Shown one piece after another: positions 54,906 through 64,000 of a stretch of 64,000 nucleotides of DNA. The position numbers were made by a program, and so were the translations under genes. This DNA comes from Blasia pusilla. Its lineage: Eukaryota. The stretch is taken from assembly GCA_050084515.1 (NCBI GenBank), contig CM114271.1, forward strand, positions 37,200,001 to 37,264,000, given 5' to 3'. Below the pieces are notes generated by a model. The model did no database searches and was not told the DNA's origin. It was given only the letters and a program-made list of their open reading frames with translations. Every line of letters begins with the position of its first letter. The stretch's first letter is position 1.

Positions 54906-55752
54906 ATCGTGTCGAGAGTCTTTCTTCATGTAAGGGCGGACTTTCTAGTTGCAACAGACATGGTTGATGCAAGTCAAACTTTGTAAGAAGTTCTCTTTTT
55001 TCAGAACATAATTATTATTTAAACCCTCCATTCTCTCAAGATAGGAATCACGAATGGTAGTGCCGAGGCGATCACTTCCTTGTAACATGGAACCCCAAAA
55101 TTCCTAACTATGAAGTCCTTGTAAACTACTTTACATTTGTACACAAGGAAAATAGCACAACTAGTGTTTAATCATACTCGAGCAAGCCTGTTGATGTCCA
55201 TGGATTGCTATATAAGGACATACAAAGAACAATCCCATGTCCTTGCGTATGAGACTATAGGAAGAATCACCAATTCATGAATGCCTTCCCAAAGTGATAA
55301 ACTAGATAGCGAGTGAACCACTGCCTATCTACAAAGAAAATCTTGACGTGATACGGGTTAAGGAAAGGAAAATGGGGCACAACTCGTGCTCCATTCCTAT
55401 CCATACTTGACAAACATCCTCTAGTCTCTTCTAGAATGGGGTTTGGCGGAGTTGCTATCCCAAGAGGGGGTAATCCAATATCATTGGGAAAATAACAAGC
55501 TAAACCATCCACTATTTCTAGTAAGACTAAACTTCCTAAGTTGACAAGTCTCTTATCTCCACACATACCACACTCTAGAATCCTCTCAAAGACTAGACCA
55601 TGGTCAAGCTAGTCTCCCAAGAGTGACCCTAAAGAGGTTTAAACATGGGAATTTAATTTTCCTAGGCTAATTTATTTAATACTAATAAAACTCTTTCTAA
55701 TACTTAATGATAGAGGAGTTTATTAGTGGGTGATTTTACTATATGATAACAT
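54906..55752 (-). repeat. Inverted, internally deleted copy of 44650-45930
   Basis: 54906-55625 is the reverse complement of ~45195-45930, and 55620-55752 is the reverse complement of ~44650-44785. Confidence 0.9.
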
Positions 55753-56269
55753 GCCAGACCCACACTTAGCCGGCGAGGTTTGAGATATGTCCACCCACAA
55801 CCCGCTATTAGCCTGCACATCCACACTCAGTCCGCACCAGGCCCGCCCTACATCCGTACACCTGCGCTAAGGCCTCACTTAGCCATGAGCCCCATGATAG
55901 GCCCACTTGCCCAACTCGACCTCATCTCACAAGCCCCCGCAAGGCTTGCCATCAGCCGGCCAGGCTCGTGCCCCTAGAAGGCCGTCCATGAGCCCGCGAT
56001 AGCCTGCTTGGCCCGCCTTGAGACCACAAGCTATGCAGGGAAGCCCGCCCTCAGACCGCATCAGGCTCGCCCTCAGCCCGCATCACGCCAATGGCTTGCC
56101 TTTAGCCCGCACCCTTCATCTGAGCCAAAACTTGTTCTCACGCGCAGAGCCAACGTGGTCAACATGGATGCCGAAAAAAATGAGGTCGGAGACCGATTTT
56201 CCATATTCATGGACATTTTCCAAACAAGTCCTTCTGATGGAATGACTTGTCCATTTATGTGCAACCTTG
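55753..56269. mobile_element. Truncated hAT-type element (right end)
   Basis: GC-rich gcccgc/gcccac motif region ending GTGCAACCTTG at 56269. Confidence 0.5.
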
Positions 56270-56299
56270 TCTACCACCTCCTCACCAACCATCTGTTAA

Positions 56300-57900
56300 T
56301 GAGAGATTTCCTTCTCTGTACGGTTCATAACGTGGTGGCCAATTGGAATACCTCTGTTGGTCCCACTTCCATAGCTGAAAAGTCCATGGCAAAAAACAAT
56401 ATGGCATGGCTCATCCTAGTGGCCACCTCCAATAACATGGTTGATATTGGCTTTTCCTGAGCCAACATAAGTGTCTCTTCTCCAACTCCTTGTGACATCC
56501 ACGTACCGGTCCCACTTGTTGATCGGTACGTCGATGTCATAAGGTATATGGTATGTCTAAGCACCATATATACATCGATGGTGTGAAGAGCATCTCACAA
56601 CCTGAACAACGGGGGAACTTTGGCATGTCGCCTTGAGGTCTAGTCCTATGGATCTAAGTGAAGTTATGAACCCCACTATGGCTCGGTCTCTCTCGTAGCA
56701 TCCCTAGTCACCACCACAATAGCCTCCGCCATAGTTGTACTACACATAAATCTCAAACCAATGTTATCCTACCTTGTATCCTGATACGACATGGAGGCTA
56801 GAGTTAAAGTATCTACTCTCGGCTCCATATGCATGATTGGATACATCATCAATATAGTTGCAATTCTTGGCTCCAATTCATCGATGTGAGTGAGGAGCGT
56901 TGCATAAGGGGCACATCCTTGATATCCTCTAACTAGTAATGGAGCTCTACCACCATGGTTGTCAATTCCTTAATCTCCATCAAATCTCTTGCCCTAGGCC
57001 CTCAACCTACCATTAGACGTACCTCTCAACAAAGATTAAAACACATATCTCTTGTGTGATCTTATAGGTGACAATGATCACACTCACTACAACCAAGGTT
57101 GCATATGGACAAAGTTCGTATCCACACACATGTCCATGTTTTTGGACTAACGTTGGTCTTATATTTTCACTTGACCATATGGGCCCCATCTCCCCCTACT
57201 TTCTCATCCCCCAACTTGCCTTTGTAATCCCCACTTTCTCGTTTCTTCCTCCTCCCACCTCCACTCCCTCCCCTTTTATTGACGTGCCCGCCCTTGCCCT
57301 CCCTTCCATCATGAACTATAAAGGTGGCCCCCCCTTTTCCAATTCATGTCCTTGGATATGTCCCAACTTGTCTACCCATTTCCGTCCTAAGGATGAACTT
57401 TACCATTTTTGTGCAACCATGTCTGCAACTATGGTAGGGCCATTCTAGGTGGCTCCTAAGTAATTGAAGGTGCTCTCAATCCTCTACCATGATGTGGGCA
57501 CTCTTTTTACGTATAGGATCCACCACGTGTGCAACCTGGCCAACGCTAGTCTTTTTTGGCCAACATATGTTGGTATGGGTCGTTTCCTAATGGGCTCTTG
57601 ATATCCGCAATGCTCTCTTGGCATAGAGACTTGTTGTCGTGGTAATGGTGCATGTTGGGGCAACTATGGGGCTCACAATATCCTTGGATCTGTCAACTCT
57701 CGTGGGAATCATGTAGTTACAATTTTCTTCTCACTTAATGTTAATCTCAATTTGCTCAGAAAAATCGGAGACTCCCTTCAAGTCTATGACCACCACATTT
57801 TGAAACTACCACCCTAAGTCAATGATGCCTACAACACCTAAGAAACGACGCATGCCCATATGGCTCATGTCATGTACCTCCCCCAACGTAAGATTATCTC
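56300..57900 (-). mobile_element. Very degenerate Ty3/gypsy gag-protease-RT N-terminus
   Basis: Faint motifs in the expected order: ID.GA..NYID-like (~56850-56885), then DALHTIDV and PY (~56545-56600). Interrupted by the MITE at 57094. Confidence 0.4.
57094..57421 (+). mobile_element. hAT-type MITE (~330 bp)
   Basis: TIRs CAAGGTTGCA / TGCAACCATG; flanks ACTACAAC and TCTGCAAC (6/8). The pyrimidine-rich interior (atgggcccca..., ccatcatgaactataa) is shared with other copies. Confidence 0.75.
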
Positions 57901-58029
57901 CATGCGTGATCTCGTTACTAGACCCACTAGCCAATGATGGCTATGGATGGAAGTCAGGGTAGTTCCTCACTAAGAACCCCTCGGTACCTCACTCCACTCC
58001 ACACTTATCCTATGTTGGACAATAGACTA

Positions 58030-61000
58030 AATTCAAAACCTCTCTCTCGATCAACTCACGAGCAAAATGATACTCAATCTCTATGTGCTTCGTACGAGCA
58101 TGAAATACAAGATTATGTGCTATGGCAATGCAACTTTGATGATCATACCACATTACAATATCACTTTCAGGTGCTTCTCATATATTCTCCAATATCCATC
58201 TCAACCATACAACTTCACAAGAAGCATAACAAGTTGCCTTGTACTCTGCCTCGGTAGAAGAAAGAGCCACTGTAGGTTGGTCCTTGCTTACCACACCTGA
58301 TCCTACCAAGAAATAATAACCCAAAATTTTTCTCCGAGAATCTGAGTCACCTGCCCAATTTGAGTCACAAAAGACTGTCATTTTCGTCCCTGCTCCATAT
58401 GTCATGTCGTAGTCGATAGTGCCTTTGATGTTCTTCAACACAAGTATCCCAACCTTCCAATGATTCTCATGAGGCTTAGTTGAGAACCTACTCAACACTC
58501 CCACAACGAAGTGATGTTTGGTCTTGTGTTGCACAAAAATATAAAACTTCCCATAAGCTTTCTTTACAACTTTTCATCTACCAATGGTGAAACATCCTCC
58601 ATTGAGAGTTTCAAATCTACCTCCATTGGCGAGACCACTGCGTTACACTCGTTCATCCCGAATACCTTCAAGATTTCTCTAGCATACTTTTGTTGAGAGA
58701 GAAAAATAAAATCTGACTGTTGCCAAATTTCTAGCCGTATAAAATAGTCCAAAAGACCTAAATTTGACATTTCAAACTCAGATTTCATCATTTCCTTCAT
58801 TTCTTCTATTTTCTTAGTGTGGTGTCCTGTGATGATCATATCATCCACATATAGGACTATCAACATATACATCCCATCTTTGCAAAACACACAAAAATTT
58901 GCTTATGACGGACTCTTGATGAGACTCCTTTCTCGGAAAAATGTATCTATTCTTTGATTCTATACCCTTGGGGCTTGCTTCAACCCATACAATGCTCGCT
59001 CAAGCAAACATACTTTCTCTTCTCATCCAAGTGTCTCTGAACTTGGTGGTTGAGATACATGCACCTCATCCTTAAGACTCTCGTTCATAAATACGGACTT
59101 CACATCATATTGGTATACATGCCAACGTCTTGTTCCTGCCATCGCTAGAATATTTTGAATGGTTTTCATCCTTGCAGTATGAGCAAAAATCTCATAGTAA
59201 TAAAAATATTTGGTCTGTGAACATCCTTGTGCAACCAACCTCGCTTTGAGTTTACCCAATATACCGTTCGACTTGTACTTGGTCTTGTACATCCACTTGG
59301 TGCCAATTATCTTCCAGTCCTTTTGGCTTCTCAACCAAAGTCCAAGTTTCATTTTTTTGAATAGCTTCCATCTCTGTCTGCATGGCCTCTCTCCATTGAG
59401 GATGAGCAAAGGCCTCATCCAAGCCTGATGGCTATTCCACCTTCGAGACCTCTATCATCAAGGCCATGTTGACGAGATGTGCAAAAGCTTTATTTTGCTC
59501 CTCTAGTGTCTTGGATCTCCTTGGATGTGTAGCAACTTCTTCAGTTGCTGGTGGATCCTTACCATCTAAGAGCTTCTTTATCCACTTAGGTTATGACGAC
59601 TGTAGTGGAAGAGCAGACTGCTCTTCCACTACTGCAGACTCATGATTACAAAAAGCAGTCTGCTCTTTGTAATCATCACCAAATTCTTCTTCTTAATGAT
59701 CCGATGTAAACATTGATGGTGTGCTCTGGTGGATTATCTCTTCGTTTGATGATAATATGGACGGACCACTGATATCCGCCACTTGACAAGGCTGTTCCTA
59801 GAACACCACATCAAGACTCACAAGCATCTTCTTTGCCTCAGGATACCTAAGGCGATAAGCTTTAGACTCATCGCTGTATCCCATAAAGATCATTTCCTCC
59901 TCTTGGACTCCAACTTGGTCATGGATGCTTCAGGAATATGTACAAAGCACTCACTACCAAAGATCTTAAAGTGTTGGATTAATGGTACCTTACCTGAGTA
60001 TGCTTGATGAGGAGTCATGCCTTGGACTGACTTGATAGTATTTCTATTTAGAATGTAAACGGAAGTATTAACAGCTTCAACCCATAACTATTATGTCAAA
60101 CCTTTTGCTTTCATCATATATCTTGCCATCTCCACCACTGTACAATTTTGACGCCCAAAAATTTCATTTTTTTGTGATGTATGTGTCGTGGTTAATTTTC
60201 GCTTGATTCTATGCTCCCCCAAATGTTTGTTGAATTATGTTGATAAGAATTATCCTCCTTGATCAGTGCGAAGCTTCTATAGCTTATTTCCTGTCTTATT
60301 CTCAACCAACTTGTTACTTTAAATTTTCCAAAAGCACTTGCCTTATCACGAAGGAAATACACCCACATCTTCCTACTATAATTGTTGACAACTAAAAAAA
60401 AGTAGGAAGAACCATCTAATGCCACTATTTTCATTTTTCCACACAGATAAGCATGTATCAAATGTAGAGGAGCCTTTGCTCTATTTATGGAATGGTTGTC
60501 GGTGTTGCTTGTCCATCATACAAGCTTTATATGTATTTGACACTCCATAAATTGTTGGTAAATCAACAACCCTGCCAAATTTATGCATATCACTCAGTAA
60601 GGGAAAGCTTAGGTGACCAAATCTTTCATGCCACAACTTACTGCTACCAAGATTTGTACCTACATTTATCGTGAAAGCATAGAACTCGTAGATATTTCCA
60701 TGCCGTACACCTTCACCCACTACTTTCTCATTGGCATCCTCAATGATAACTCCGGATTTCTTGAAAAAATATCGCAATCACATAATACTGCTACTGAAAG
60801 TAAATTGCGCTTCAACTTTGGTAAGTACAATACAAGAGTTAATTTCTTTTCATCTCCTTTTTGTAAGACTAAAGAATTTTTGCCTTTTCCTTATATGTGG
60901 AACTTTTCATTGTTCCCAACAATGGGCTCCTGCAAAGGTTGTAAGGAGCTATACCAATCCTTATGATTGGTCATATGCCTAGATGCTCCACTATCGAGCA

Positions 61001-61030
61001 CCTATGCATCTTCACTCTTTGACTTAGTGG
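58030..61030 (-). mobile_element. Degenerate Ty1/copia retrotransposon pol (PR-INT-RT-RNaseH)
   Basis: Copia domain order on the minus strand: protease (*)VLDSGASRHMT (~60970-61005), pre-integrase LWHERFGH, integrase (YFFLVVNNYSRKMWVYFL), RT (KWMYKTK, LKARLVAQG, LYVDDMIITG), RNase H (CDSNWAGD, VALSSTEAEY, VFHARTKHIEIEYHF). Many stops and frameshifts. Confidence 0.95.
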
Positions 61031-61112
61031 AACGTTCTGCCTGTGTGCAAATCTCTTCGATTGATTCCCGAGCATCTATCTTATGTTCTCCTAGTTCTAT
61101 ATAATTTCCAAA

Positions 61113-64000
61113 CTTTAGGATTGATCGATGAGATCTATAAGAGCGCCTTCGTGAGTAGGGGACAGGCTCAGTAGGTCAAGGATGACATGTTGAGGCCCTG
61201 GGAAACCTCAGAGAGCAGGTTTCCCCTTCGTTTCGGCTCATTTGGAACCATATTGAGCAACTTACTATTTTTGGCAAGTACTATTTTGAGTATATGATCA
61301 AATTTATATTTTTGGTAAGTGACCCTTGACCTCCTGTCAAGAGCCAAGGAGGTGACTTGGGAGAACAAGTAACCATAGAGAGAGCTTGGGAGAGGGGAGG
61401 GGTATACCTCAAGGAGAGAGAGCTTGAGAGCTCATTCTCTCTTTGTTGAACGTCTTGGCATGAGGCGGCGGAGCTATGGTCCCTTGCCTTGTGAGTGTAA
61501 CCCAAGCCTCTCATTAGGAGAGTGGGTTTTGTTTGACATGAGAGAGAGTGCACACCTTTGAGAGCTATGGTGTGAAATGGTGTAGAGAGAGATTGGATCT
61601 TATTTTACAAAGAGAAAATGAGAGAGTGAGAGAGCTTAATGGGGGAGCTCGCTAGTCACTCGCTCTTTTTGCAGGTTCGGGACCGTGATCCCCGTTCAAC
61701 AACTCATGGGAGTGCTCTGTTGAGCACTCCCATGAGGCTGCCATGAGAGCAAGGGCTGCTTTGATTGTTCTTTGCATTTGCCGATTTTTCGTGTGGAAGA
61801 GTGGCGTGCGAAAGCGCTGCCGGATTTCTGATAGGGATTGATTATTGGGGCGGGTTTCCCCATGCCAATTCTCTCGGGAGCACCATGTAGCTTGCTGATT
61901 TGTATTTTTACAGGTTTTACATTTTGGTTGAGAGAAATAAGCTTGAAGTCTTTGCCAAATTTTGTGTAGGAGAAAGAGATATTGGGCTTTACAACAGTCT
62001 CTGTCAAGTTTTACTGGAATGTTCAATTCCAAATATTTGTTGATGTCATTGTAGATTGTGAAGCTGTACACATTGTGCAACAAAAAATACTCAATTTGCA
62101 GTTTCCAGTAAAAAGTTATAGTCAATCTTGCAAAATTGCCATTGCTAGGCAACTTTAGGGTTAAATTGTTCAAACCCTAAACCAGCCGCCACACCGGCGG
62201 CGGCCGTCGCAGTCACCGTCATAGTCATCATCATCGGTCTACCGTCACCATCACTAGTCAACCATGACCTTCAATGTTCAACCGTCACCATCAACGGTCC
62301 GTCGTCACCATCAACGGTCAACCATCACCGTCAACGTCAACGTCAACGTCAACGGTCCACCGTCGGCCGTTGCTGTTGCCCAGCGTTGCTTAGAGTCGCA
62401 TTCAGCCGTTGTCCACCCTTTGGTTGCCATTGCCACTATTACGGAGTGCAGGGTCTTCCACGACGTTCGTTGATTCTCTGAATTGCATCGCCACCAAGTA
62501 CTTTGTTTTGGTCGGCATCGTCATCGAAGTTTCGTCGTCAACCAATGACGGTAGATGACCTCTGGTTATGGTGTTTGAATTTTGATTTCATGCTGCTATG
62601 TTGTGATTGGTAGCCGCTTGACGAAGATCGAGTACCATGCCGTGCGCTTGTAGCCACAACGCGCCGCCCATTGCCGCGCCGTGCCGCTCGTGGCCGCATC
62701 GTACCGTCTCGATCGCGGAGTCGCACCGTCATTGTGGAGCAGAGTGTGGGTTTATTGTTGATTGAGGAGGGTATGCCACTGAGTGCTACATCCCACCATC
62801 GAGGGCCGTGCCGTTCGTAGCCGTTCCGTGCCGCTTGCAACGCCGCACCGTTCCGCTGGAACCGCACTGTCTATGGAGGAGTTTTGAGCAGCGTCACTAC
62901 AGGAGGAGTATGACTTGCTGATTGGAGGAGTTGTCTCCACGACCGAGTTGGGGTTGAGATTTGTAGTTGCTGAGGAGCGACATCGACATGTGTTCAGGTT
63001 ACCTATTTTGGTCCTTTACCCTGCACGCGTGAGGGATTTTGGGATTTTGGGTAGTTTATTTGGGGATATTGGGTTGTGTGGATGCACGAGGGCCATCACA
63101 GCGTCCTTCAGGATTTTGAGAGGCGAGGTAGTGGACCTGAGAGTAGCTATGGAGGGTTTACCCGGAGTGGTGCAAGGTTTTGAGGGTCTCCACGTGACAG
63201 ACCACCTCGATCTCCTTCTGTATTGTCTTCAGACAAGGGGGAGCGTGTAGAGAAGTGTGTTAGTGATCCATCGTACACATTGAGTGGTCCTACCAGTTGG
63301 GCATACAAGATGGACGACCGCGCTAGGGGACCGCATAGGTTTTCAAGTGCAGTAGGCACGATTGAGTTGCATGATTTCATAGCAGAGTTTAGGAGTTGGT
63401 GCGACTCCCAACGGGCCAGGAACTCTTGAGAGTTTAACCCTTTTACAACATGGAACGGTATGTTCCAACATTTAGCGAGGGTGCCCATGGATGATTACCA
63501 ATAGTTCTCTCAGAGATATTCACGTGAGATCGAGGCGTGGAGGCTCTACTATGACCCACATTATGTGTCATGGACGGAGCCATTCCCAGATGAGGAGGAG
63601 GTGTCAGGAGAGGCTACTTCCTCTTCCACTAGTGATGTTTTAGAGGGGTCACTCGCATGAGAGCGGTTGCACCAGCTAGTCGGGTTCGTCCCAAGTTCAA
63701 CCCTGTGGTTGAGTTCTTTGCTGAGTTGAGGGCGAGCTACTAGGGGATACAGACGGAGAAGTTGCGAAGCATCCACAACTTCCAGAGGTGCCCGTGTGAG
63801 AGTTTATGCGAGGCTTATACTCGCTTGCGCCGGTTGATCAATGTCACTCAAGGGGTGACAGAGGCTCAGGCTATCCAGTCATGGTACAAGATGTTGGACC
63901 AGACCCTGCGGACACGAGTGCGAGAGGGGGTGCTTCTTATGAACACCTCCCCTACGTTGAGAGATGTTTTTAGTACCACCCAGAATATTGAGCGCAACAT
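61113..64000 (+). mobile_element. Ty3/gypsy-like retrotransposon: LTR/leader plus disrupted gag, running off the window end
   Basis: The 5' ~800 bp is homologous to 5076-5900 and to the reverse complement of 42200-42619, whose outer ends read TGTTAGG. At 63200-64000 a stop-interrupted gag-like frame contains EKLRSIHNFQRCPCESLCEAYTRLRRLI (Retrotrans_gag-like Q..ES..Y..R motif). The PBS and LTR 3' end were not located. Confidence 0.75.
62185..62375 (+). repeat. Low-complexity ACCGTC/AACGTC repeat tract in the gypsy-like leader
   Basis: Runs such as caacgtcaacgtcaacgtcaac and duplicated cgtcaccatcaacggtc. Confidence 0.7.

Noticed and set aside
61652-62173. 173-aa minus-strand ORF
   Set aside because: Lies antisense within the gypsy-like LTR/leader and has no domain signal.
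62154-62181. Interstitial telomere
   Set aside because: Only single TTTAGGG/CCCTAAA units, not an array.

Overview
Eukaryotic nuclear DNA from a land plant. A non-seed plant such as a bryophyte is my inference from the retroelement and kinase types, not something the sequence proves. The window holds one intact gene, a five-exon secreted GDSL esterase/lipase on the minus strand (26484-28309, 364 aa), inside a transposon-free, CpG-rich island (~24.7-33.3 kb). The rest is mostly decayed mobile DNA: a Helitron Rep/helicase remnant, a family of ~200-bp mini-Helitrons, hAT-type MITEs with 8-bp TSDs, a hAT transposase fragment, CACTA ends, a Ty1/copia pol, three pieces of one Ty3/gypsy-like family and a possible LINE. 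The most unusual block is 43.6-55.75 kb. It starts with two tandem ~901-bp LTR-like repeats, followed by co-oriented, apparently intronless pseudogenes for a protein kinase and an NLS/coiled-coil/RING protein. Next come a ~17-copy 180-bp satellite and a hAT fragment, and the block ends with an inverted copy of its own start, including a ~420-bp foldback. A hairpin array at 7.5-7.9 kb and several near-loopless palindromes also stand out. All calls were made by eye; no database searches were run.
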